From Patescibacteria group bacterium (GTDB lineage Bacteria; Patescibacteriota; Patescibacteriia; Magasanikbacterales; GWA2-37-8), in assembly GCA_041649475.1 (NCBI GenBank), contig JBAZNA010000001.1, positions 124,267 to 188,266 of the forward strand: a stretch of DNA of 64,000 nt. Reading direction: 5' to 3'. The notes under the pieces were generated by a model. The model saw nothing but the letters and a program-made list of their open reading frames with translations. It was not told the origin of the DNA and ran no database searches. Positions 27,838-35,359 of the stretch are shown one piece after another. Numbering within the stretch: the first letter of the stretch is position 1; each line of letters starts with the position of its first letter. A program made the position numbers and the translations under genes.

Positions 27838-28949
27838 TGACCGACACGTCTGCTCCGGTCCCACTGGTTCTCGGTGCCGACACTTCCGAGAGCTACTCCG
27901 TGATTGTGCCGTCGGCCACGGCACAGGACGTTCACGACGTAGTCGGCCGTGTGGCGTCCTGCACACCCTCACCTCAGCTCGCCAGGGAGGTCGAGGCCTA
28001 CGCCGTCGCGCAGGTCGAAGCTGGCGCCCCGCTTTCGCTCGAGGAAAGCCGCATCACCGACCAGCTTCAGCGCGCCAACCTGAGCGTGCTTGATCATCTC
28101 CGCGTTCGTCTCACCGACGCCGCCGAGGCGGCCAGAGACGCCTACTACCGGGCCCGGAGCGCCACCTCCCAGTGCCTCAAGGGACTGCCCTGGCTTTGGC
28201 ACCTGCTCATCGTGGCCGGCGGCCTTGTCTTTGGCGCCTTCGCCGTCCGCGCTGCGACCTACGTGCTCTCGCTTCCGATGGAAGGAGTTGTCGTTCGACC
28301 GGCTCTGGACTCGGGTGCTCTCGATCCATCGGCCGAGTCGTGGCGGATGGCGATCAACATGTCGCAGGCGTTCGCCATCATCGCTGTCGCGCTTCCGATC
28401 GGATCCGCGATCTCGACCGGCGGCCGGTTGCATTGGTTCCTGAAGGTGCTGTGCATCCTCGTCGACCTTCTGTTCTCGGTCGCCTTCGCCGGCATCCGCT
28501 CCGAGCGCGGCTTCACTACCACGGCCATCTACTACACCGCCTTCGAGTTCGTCACTGTCTTCGGCTCCGCCATCTACGCCTTCGCGCTGGGCTCGATCCT
28601 CAAGGTGCATACCGACAGGAACGAGAAGAGGAAGCTGGCCGAGGCCGAGGAGGCGGCTTCGAAGCTCGAATACGAGGACAAGGTCCACGAGGCGCGGGCG
28701 GGCGACGAGGCGTTCGTCAAGCAGTACGACATCGTCGCGGCCCGCGAGCAGGCCGATGTCCGCCTGCCGCGCATCAAGGCCCTGCAGGCGGCCGTGGCCC
28801 GGAGGGAGTTTCTCGTCGCCCACGCCGAGATTTCCGAGCATGCAGTGGGCGGCCTCGTCGACGAGCTCGACGACACCGCTATTCGCGACCACCTGACCCA
28901 AGAGCTCGCCGAGCTGACGCAGAAGGAAGGAAACCATGTCAACGCTTGA
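27834..28949 (+). CDS. Polytopic membrane protein with coiled-coil C-terminus, hypothetical (possible mating-pore component)
   Basis: About 4 TM helices, charged coiled-coil tail; start overlaps the upstream stop. Confidence 0.45.
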   Translation: MMTDTSAPVPLVLGADTSESYSVIVPSATAQDVHDVVGRVASCTPSPQLAREVEAYAVAQVEAGAPLSLEESRITDQLQRANLSVLDHLRVRLTDAAEAARDAYYRARSATSQCLKGLPWLWHLLIVAGGLVFGAFAVRAATYVLSLPMEGVVVRPALDSGALDPSAESWRMAINMSQAFAIIAVALPIGSAISTGGRLHWFLKVLCILVDLLFSVAFAGIRSERGFTTTAIYYTAFEFVTVFGSAIYAFALGSILKVHTDRNEKRKLAEAEEAASKLEYEDKVHEARAGDEAFVKQYDIVAAREQADVRLPRIKALQAAVARREFLVAHAEISEHAVGGLVDELDDTAIRDHLTQELAELTQKEGNHVNA

Positions 28950-29439
28950 TGTTGAGGATCCGATCTTTTCACCTTTGGCTCGTCTCGATTCGGCTGAAGT
29001 GCTCAACGCGCGGCGGCGCATCTTCGTGGCGCGGCTCAAGCGCGTGCTCGCCCGTCTGGTCGCCGAGGCACTCATCGACGAGTCCCGGTTCAAGATCAAC
29101 GCGGCCGAGGATGCCGCTGCGATGCCCTGGCGGCCGTCACGCCCGCGCACCTCGTGGTGGCGCCGGTTCAGAGCAAACATCGGCCTCGACTCCGCCCAGC
29201 CCGTGGATGCCAGCGCGGGCGATCGGCTTTCCCTCGCCGAGGCCCGCGTCAAGACGGCGAAGGCGCAGCACGAGCGTCTCATCCACTTCGATCTCCCCGA
29301 ACTGCTGCGCCGGGCCGAGGAGACCGCCGACTCCGTCGAGAAACTCGACGGCCGGACCGCTGGGGTTCAGCCGGACCAGGACGCGCAGCCGCCGAAAAAC
29401 GGACGCCGGGCCAGCGGCCAGTCGCAGGTGCGGAGCTAG
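28936..29439 (+). CDS. Hypothetical protein
   Basis: 167-aa ORF in operon context. Confidence 0.4.
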   Translation: MSTLDVEDPIFSPLARLDSAEVLNARRRIFVARLKRVLARLVAEALIDESRFKINAAEDAAAMPWRPSRPRTSWWRRFRANIGLDSAQPVDASAGDRLSLAEARVKTAKAQHERLIHFDLPELLRRAEETADSVEKLDGRTAGVQPDQDAQPPKNGRRASGQSQVRS

Positions 29440-29442
29440 ATC

Positions 29443-29754
29443 ATGCTCGGCTGCATCCTGCTCATCGGCATCGTTGTCGGCGGCATCTTGATGATGCTTG
29501 GCTTCACCTCGGCTGCGAAGCGCCTGGGCGTCGTCATCCTCCTCCTCGCGCTCGCTGGCCCTCTCGTCATGGCCGTCGTCGACGGGCTTCACTGGGTCCG
29601 CCTCGATTGGCTCGCGTGGGCTGTCGTTCCGCTGCTTGTCCTCGGCTTCATCGTCGCCTTCGTGCAGTTCACCAACCGTCGGCGGGCGGTGAACAAGTGG
29701 CTCGGCGAGAAGAAGACCTCGGCCAAGACCCGGCTGGACAGCGATGACGCTTGA
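29443..29754 (+). CDS. Small membrane protein (3 TM), hypothetical
   Basis: 103 aa, hydrophobic helices, basic C-terminus. Confidence 0.45.
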   Translation: MLGCILLIGIVVGGILMMLGFTSAAKRLGVVILLLALAGPLVMAVVDGLHWVRLDWLAWAVVPLLVLGFIVAFVQFTNRRRAVNKWLGEKKTSAKTRLDSDDA

Positions 29755-31294
29755 TTTTTCCAACCTTCGTCTCATCTTCCGTCGGGGCGGGGCCACGAGT
29801 GAGCCAGTCGCTCCGGCGGAAGATGAGGTCGTCATCGGCTACACCGAGAACAAGCGACCCGTGACCCTCGGCAAGCCCTCGCAGGACCGAGGGCACCACC
29901 ACCTTGTCGTCGGGGCCACCGGGTGCCACAAGACGGTGCTCCTCTCTGCAGCCCTCGCCACTGAAGTCGCCCGAACGCCCAGAGAGGAACTCGGCTTGGT
30001 GCTCGTCGATCCTAAGGGGGATCTGCTGACCTTTCTCCATGCGCTGGCCGCCTGCGCCCCAGACCGGCTCGCCGACTGCGTTGTGATCGACCCCTTTGCC
30101 GTCAGCCCGTTCCCGTTCAACCTCACCAGGCTGGACCGCACCGGCGTCCCGCTCGAACTCCGCGCGCTTGAGCTTGCGCTCCTGTGCGCATCGCTCAGCA
30201 CGGAACAGGGCAGCCAAAAGAGCCTCGGCGCCGGCAGCCGCCAGATCGACGTCACGCAGAACGTCCTCGCGGCCGTTCTCGCTGCCGATCACGCCAAGGC
30301 GAATCCCACCTGGGCCGTCGACGCGCTCGTCGCTCCTCGGGGCAAAGGGTTGAAGCAGTTGGCTGAGTTTGCCGCGGGCGCGGGCCGGGCCAAGCAGTTC
30401 CTCGAGACCGCCTTCTTGAGTGACGAGCTCGCGGCGTCGTGCGCTGCGCGTCTCCGCCTGGCCTTCACGGCGTCGACCGCGATCGAGCGCATGATGGCTG
30501 CAGACACCTCAGTCCAGTTTGCGGACCTGACTGCACCGGGTCGCATCGTGCTCATCGACTGCAGCCGCCCGACCGCCGGCCTGAGCGCCCTGCAAATCTA
30601 CTGGGCCAGTCTGCTCACCCGGCTCCTTCTCTCCCACCTCATCCAAGCCAGGCCATGCCCGTCCCGAGGACACCACCACCTGAGAATCGTCGTTGACGAG
30701 GCGCCCATGGTACTTAACTCGACGATCGTGGCCGAGGCGGTCAACACCTTGGTCACCACGGGCCGTTCGCGCAACCTGTCCATCGTTCTCATCTGTCAGG
30801 GCACGAGCCAGATCCAGGACCCGGCCTTGCTCTCGATTCTCGTCGGCAACACCACGCGCATCGTGGGCCGATGTTGCGCCAAAGATGCCGACCTCCTTGC
30901 CCGCGATGTTGCGCCCGGCGCCGGCGTTGACGAAAGCGCGTCGTCGGTCAGGGCACGCGTCAGTTCGTCGATTTCGAATCTCGCCGACGGTGAGTTCTAT
31001 CGCTTCGGCCCGGGTCGAAGGGAGAGGTTCACCAACATCCAGGTGGACATGAACGCCTGGAAGACGGCGGCCCAGCGCCACGCCGCGGCGATCGGGGCGG
31101 CCAGGAACCGGCTGGCCATGCCGCCGGATTTCAGTCCTCGCGTCAGTCTCGCCGACGCCCTGGCCGAGCGTCGGGCTCAGCAGAAGAGGCAGGACAAGTC
31201 CTCGCCGAGCAAGTCGCGACCGCGCTCCGGCTCCGCTGCAACCAGCGACGAGTCGACGGGGCCTAAGCCGAAGCCGCGCTCGAGGTGGGGCTGA
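29744..31294 (+). CDS. FtsK/SpoIIIE-TraD-type DNA-translocase/coupling ATPase (copy 2), atypical Walker A
   Basis: HHLVVGATGCHKTVLL (H in place of the second conserved Gly), Walker B RIVVDEA; C-terminal Ser/Arg-rich tail. Confidence 0.6.
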   Translation: MTLDFSNLRLIFRRGGATSEPVAPAEDEVVIGYTENKRPVTLGKPSQDRGHHHLVVGATGCHKTVLLSAALATEVARTPREELGLVLVDPKGDLLTFLHALAACAPDRLADCVVIDPFAVSPFPFNLTRLDRTGVPLELRALELALLCASLSTEQGSQKSLGAGSRQIDVTQNVLAAVLAADHAKANPTWAVDALVAPRGKGLKQLAEFAAGAGRAKQFLETAFLSDELAASCAARLRLAFTASTAIERMMAADTSVQFADLTAPGRIVLIDCSRPTAGLSALQIYWASLLTRLLLSHLIQARPCPSRGHHHLRIVVDEAPMVLNSTIVAEAVNTLVTTGRSRNLSIVLICQGTSQIQDPALLSILVGNTTRIVGRCCAKDADLLARDVAPGAGVDESASSVRARVSSSISNLADGEFYRFGPGRRERFTNIQVDMNAWKTAAQRHAAAIGAARNRLAMPPDFSPRVSLADALAERRAQQKRQDKSSPSKSRPRSGSAATSDESTGPKPKPRSRWG

Positions 31295-31677
31295 TGTTGA
31301 AGACCGTCCTCGTCATGCCGCTCAAGCTGCTCTGGTGGACCATCAGGATCACCGCCCGGCTCGCACTCCTTCTGCTCGAGTCCGCCTTCTGGTTGTTCCA
31401 TGCGGTGCGGTGGCTCGTCACCATCGCCGACGACTTCTTCAAGGCGAAGCGCTTGATGCCTGCCGGGGAACTGCACTGTCCGCGCGGTCATCTGGTCCTG
31501 CCGGCTCGCGAGAAACAGGTGGCCAAGTGCGAGGCCTGCGGCTGGACGTTTGAGGCGTCTGGGTTCGACATCCTCGTGTGCAAGAACCCCGAGTGCGTCA
31601 GCCCTCAGACTTCGTACATCAACTGCCCCACCTGTGGTCTAAGCGTCCGCAATCCTTATAGGCTTGGTCGCCCATGA
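31285..31677 (+). CDS. Membrane-anchored zinc-ribbon protein, hypothetical
   Basis: N-terminal TM helices; CPRGH...CEACG...CKNPEC...CPTCG cysteine pairs. Confidence 0.4.
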   Translation: MGLMLKTVLVMPLKLLWWTIRITARLALLLLESAFWLFHAVRWLVTIADDFFKAKRLMPAGELHCPRGHLVLPAREKQVAKCEACGWTFEASGFDILVCKNPECVSPQTSYINCPTCGLSVRNPYRLGRP

Positions 31678-32546
31678 GCGTGCGTGCGGCCAAGCGGTCG
31701 AGGACGGTCCGGTGCAAGGGTAAGCACGGCCTCGAGATCACCGAGCGCGACACCGCTATTCTCATCCTCCTCGGCAACGTCCGGTTCGCCACTCCGAACC
31801 AGATCAGTCGCGAGCTGTTCTCGAGCCTCGACCGCTGTCGCCGACGCCTTCGACAACTCTTCGACGCCGGCTACATCGTCATCACGATCTCCTCCTCGCG
31901 CCACCCGAACCTCGTCTCGCTCACGAAGGCCGGGCTTGACGTCGCCAGCCAGGCTGCGCCTCACGTCGCAGACCGGCTCAGACTGGCTGGTGCCATTAGG
32001 CTCGCCGGCATCGAGCACCACTTGCTGTGCACCGACATTCGGCTCTTTGCGGTCGCTCTCGGCGAGCTTCGGCATGCGCCCCTGGCTCGCTGGGCCAACG
32101 CAGGCGGCGACCTCGTCCGCGAGCTCGATCTTGCTCGCTTCCACATCCAGCCCGACGCTGTCGCCCAGTACACCATCAATCCCTCCGGAGACGCGATCCA
32201 CATCGCCATCGAAGCGGACTGCGCCACGCAGTCGGTCTCCTCGGTCCTCGTCGGCAAGCTTCGGCGCTACGCTCAGGCTGCCGCGCAGACGAGTCTCGAC
32301 GCTCTGTGGTTGGTGACCTCCGGCGGGGAGCAGCGGCGGGCGAACATCGACGCATTGTTGAACCAACAGGGACTCGAGCAGTTCGTGCGGGTGCTGTCGC
32401 GCGCGCACGTCATCGCCCGACCGGTTCGGGAGCTGCCGGCGCGCGGGGGGAGTAGGGCCGTTCAAGGCCCTATTACGACCTCCTTCCTCGACTCTGATTC
32501 TAGTTGCACCTCGCGGTGTTCAAACACCGAGGGTCGCAGTCGGTAG
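31674..32546 (+). CDS. Replication-relaxation family protein (copy 2)
   Basis: ITERDTAILILLGNVRFATPNQISREL signature. Confidence 0.7.
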   Translation: MSVRAAKRSRTVRCKGKHGLEITERDTAILILLGNVRFATPNQISRELFSSLDRCRRRLRQLFDAGYIVITISSSRHPNLVSLTKAGLDVASQAAPHVADRLRLAGAIRLAGIEHHLLCTDIRLFAVALGELRHAPLARWANAGGDLVRELDLARFHIQPDAVAQYTINPSGDAIHIAIEADCATQSVSSVLVGKLRRYAQAAAQTSLDALWLVTSGGEQRRANIDALLNQQGLEQFVRVLSRAHVIARPVRELPARGGSRAVQGPITTSFLDSDSSCTSRCSNTEGRSR

Positions 32547-32751
32547 GCGGGCCGATGGGCGGGTTCGATAGGACGGGCGGACACGAACACCGACGGTCGG
32601 CCTACTCGCCGCGCGCCCGGGAACCCCAGCTCGTCGATCTTCCGCTCATCATCGACATCATCCGTGAGGTTCTGCGTGAGGAGCTCAGCGCGTGTGCTAT
32701 GCTCGCAGCGACTGAACTCCCGTCGCGCCGAAGAGAGGAGGGTGAACAATC

Positions 32752-33963
32752 ATGGCGCGACCCAAGGAAGGACCACGCGTCCGAGGTCCGTACCGCTACG
32801 ACGGAGGACGACGATGGCGAGTCGACGTTTTCAAGGGCAGAGGCGAGGAGGATCCTGAGCTCCACTACTACGAGACGGAAAAGGAAGCTCGGCAGGTAGT
32901 CCAGTCGCTGAGAAGAGCGATGGGTCAGCAGCAGGACCGCACCATCGACGACGCCTTGAAGGAGTACGAGCGGCACATGCGGGAGAAGGGGAACAAGCCG
33001 AAGTCGATCACGGAGACGACCCGCAGACTCCGACTCTTCTTCCCGGACCTCGAGATGCCGCTCGCCGCGTTCAACTCCAGCCGCGCTCAGACGTACTACG
33101 ACGAGCTCTGCCAGCGACCAACGATGCAGCCGAAGCGGCAACAGGTCGACGGAGACGAGGTGGCGTCGCTGCGTGAACAGAAGCTCTCGTGGCGCGACAT
33201 CTGTGCCAAGCTCAAGTGCGGTCGGTCGGCTGCGATGCGCGCGCTAGAGCAGCGAGGCCAGCCCGAGCCCGAGTCCCGCAAGCTGTCAGTCGACAGCCAT
33301 CGCAACATGCTCGCCGAGGCCAAGTCGTTCACCCGCTGGTGCACGGAGGACAAGCGCTGGCTCAAGGCGAACCCCCTCGAGGCCGTCAAGGGCAAGGGCA
33401 AGCGCAAGCACGGCAAGCTGCAGCTGCGCATCGACGAGACGCGCAAGTGGGTCGCCAAGGCGCTCGAGTTGGCGGGGCAGGGCGAGGAGGGCGCGATCGC
33501 GGCCCTGCTCACGCTGTACCTCAACCTGCGCTGCAGCGAAGTGGTGACCCGAGTCGCGCGCGATGTCGACGACAACGGCCGGGTGCTCTGGGTGCCGGAC
33601 AGCAAGACCGAGAAGGGCAAGCGTACGCAGGAAGTCCCGCCGGAGTTGCGGCCGTTCCTCTTGCAGCTCACGTCGGGCAAGACCGCCGATGCCAAGCTGT
33701 TCGGCTGTGCCTCGCGCGACTGGCCGCGTCATTGGGTGCAGCGGATCTGCGCCTTGGCGGGAGTGCCCGTCGTCTGCGCTCACGGCATGCGCGGCACTCA
33801 CTCGAGCATCGCGCACGCCTTCGGCTTCACGAGCCGCGCCGTCGCCGACGCGATGGGGCATGAGTCCGAGAAGACCACGATCGAGAGCTACACGGACCCG
33901 TCGGTCGTGGCGAACGCGCAGCAGAAGCGCATGCTGCAGGTCCTGAATGGGGGCCGAGCTTGA
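32752..33963 (+). CDS. Tyrosine integrase (phage-integrase family)
   Basis: C-terminal catalytic block: RCSEV (R), HGMRGTHSS (H-x-x-R), GHESEKTTIESYT (Y). Confidence 0.8.
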   Translation: MARPKEGPRVRGPYRYDGGRRWRVDVFKGRGEEDPELHYYETEKEARQVVQSLRRAMGQQQDRTIDDALKEYERHMREKGNKPKSITETTRRLRLFFPDLEMPLAAFNSSRAQTYYDELCQRPTMQPKRQQVDGDEVASLREQKLSWRDICAKLKCGRSAAMRALEQRGQPEPESRKLSVDSHRNMLAEAKSFTRWCTEDKRWLKANPLEAVKGKGKRKHGKLQLRIDETRKWVAKALELAGQGEEGAIAALLTLYLNLRCSEVVTRVARDVDDNGRVLWVPDSKTEKGKRTQEVPPELRPFLLQLTSGKTADAKLFGCASRDWPRHWVQRICALAGVPVVCAHGMRGTHSSIAHAFGFTSRAVADAMGHESEKTTIESYTDPSVVANAQQKRMLQVLNGGRA

Positions 33964-34005
33964 CAACGAAACGTCTCGTTTCGTTGTCAGCGGGCCCGGA
34001 CAACA

Positions 34006-34039
34006 AGAAGGGGTTTCGCATCTCTGCGAAACCCCTTCT
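34006..34039. terminator. Perfect 15-bp palindromic hairpin (AGAAGGGGTTTCGCA-TCTC-TGCGAAACCCCTTCT), a bidirectional terminator-like structure
   Basis: Between the integrase stop and the tRNA-fragment 3' end. Confidence 0.5.
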
Positions 34040-34046
34040 GTTCCGG

Positions 34047-34080
34047 TGGAGCTGAACGGGATCGAACCGTCGGCCTCCTG
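34047..34080 (-). other. tRNA 3'-end fragment (T-arm plus acceptor, ...GACGGTTCGATCCCGTTCAGCTCCA), att-core-like and not a complete tRNA
   Basis: Canonical TTCGATC T-loop with 5-bp stem and 7-nt acceptor 3' strand; no matching 5' acceptor, D or anticodon arms upstream; flanked by repeated TTTCGTTGTCAGC motifs (33978 and 34130) and palindrome 33961-33989. Confidence 0.55.
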
Positions 34081-34352
34081 AATGCCATTCGTCGGGAAAG
34101 CAGGGGGCTACGAGTAGTTGTCAGGTGGTTTCGTTGTCAGCCGCGACGGGAGTTCAGTCATTCTCGTGGCTTATAGCTGACAAGGATTCGTTCGGTGACC
34201 AATCCTAGCATGGGGTTCAGCAGTTGTGGTGATCGGGTTGTCGTCGTGCAACACCGCGGACTGTCACGCGGAGACGCGATCTCCGTCGGGAGCATGGTCT
34301 TCACCTGCGGTGGGACTTGAAACCTGAACGGATGATCTGTAGCTTGGCCGGC

Positions 34353-34916
34353 ATGTGGTACTTGAACCTGAGCGGCTTGAACATGAAGCTCGGCCCCTTC
34401 ACGACCGAGGGCCTCCGCGATGCGCTGAGCAAGGGCGTGCTGCGCGCGGATACGGTGGTCGAGGACACCGGGGGCCGCCGGTCTTCGGTCGGTGACATCG
34501 TGGGCGCACCCGGGACGTCGACCCTGGAGAACGTCATCCTTGGGGCACTCGCCGTGGGAGGGGCCGCCGCCATCCTCCACAGCATCTTCGGCAAGAAGTC
34601 GCGCGTTGGAATCTCGAAGGAGGAGCGGAACAGCATCCTTCGGTCGGGGCGCGTACACGAACGGCAGGGCGCCTTGCTCGTCTGCATGGACCATGTGCCG
34701 GCTGCCTGCCCGCCCCCGAAAGTTGGTAGACGGCGGCCCGATCTGGTCGCCTACTACGACGACAAGATTGTCGCGGAGGAGCACGAGACCATCGCGACCG
34801 TCTTCAAGAAGCACTCGGTTGAACAGAACCGGGATCTGCGCAGAGAAACGAAGCGCTGCGGCTGGGAGTACCGGCAGGTCATCGCCGAGCTCCCAGACTT
34901 GGACCTCAACGACTGA
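34353..34916 (+). CDS. DUF4339 (GYF-like) domain protein
   Basis: MWYLNLSG...GPFTTEGLRDALSKGVL matches the DUF4339 W-Y...GP...L...G pattern. Confidence 0.4.
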   Translation: MWYLNLSGLNMKLGPFTTEGLRDALSKGVLRADTVVEDTGGRRSSVGDIVGAPGTSTLENVILGALAVGGAAAILHSIFGKKSRVGISKEERNSILRSGRVHERQGALLVCMDHVPAACPPPKVGRRRPDLVAYYDDKIVAEEHETIATVFKKHSVEQNRDLRRETKRCGWEYRQVIAELPDLDLND

Positions 34917-34928
34917 CTGGTCGGTTCC

Positions 34929-35195
34929 TCACACACCCGCAGTCTGAATCACGTAAAAGCCCTGGGGGTGGACGTATTCCCGCTCGAGGCCATGGGCGAT
35001 GGCCGAAGCCATCGCCTGGGTGCGGTGCTGGCTCATGATGTCCCATCGCATGCGGTCGTTCGCGCAGTCCCAGTGCCGGACCGCCTTGGTGATGCCCACG
35101 CAATGGGCGCCGTCGCGCCGCGCGACAGGGTCCTTGGATACGCCGAAGCAAACCTCGCCCTGATCGTAGTTGATAGCGCGATAGACGAGGAACAT
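34929..35195 (-). CDS. Small GIY-YIG-like nuclease domain protein
   Basis: MFLVYRAINYDQGEVCFGVSKDPVARRDGAH fits the GIY...YIG...R...H pattern. Confidence 0.4.
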   Translation of the reverse strand: MFLVYRAINYDQGEVCFGVSKDPVARRDGAHCVGITKAVRHWDCANDRMRWDIMSQHRTQAMASAIAHGLEREYVHPQGFYVIQTAGV

Positions 35196-35359
35196 CTCGG
35201 ACCTCTCTCTTCGAACCCGACTCCCAGCTGCGGCGATGAACGCGTACAGGAGCAACTACTACTAGCGCAGACACGAAAACAGGCCCGAGGGGTATCACCC
35301 CGGGGCCCGTTCATTGGCTTTTCACATCAGGTTGCCTGAAGCAAAACAGAAGGCCTCTC

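Noticed and set aside
27969-29491. Long overlapping ORFs on both strands (437 aa minus, 439 aa plus) across the membrane-protein cluster
   Set aside because: Extreme Arg/Pro/Gly/Ser bias; the plus-strand frame-consistent genes have TM helices and overlapping stop/start coupling.
34047-34125. Possibility of a complete tRNA gene on the minus strand next to the tyrosine integrase
   Set aside because: Only the T-arm and acceptor 3' strand are tRNA-like; upstream sequence cannot form acceptor, D or anticodon stems; interpreted as an att-type fragment.
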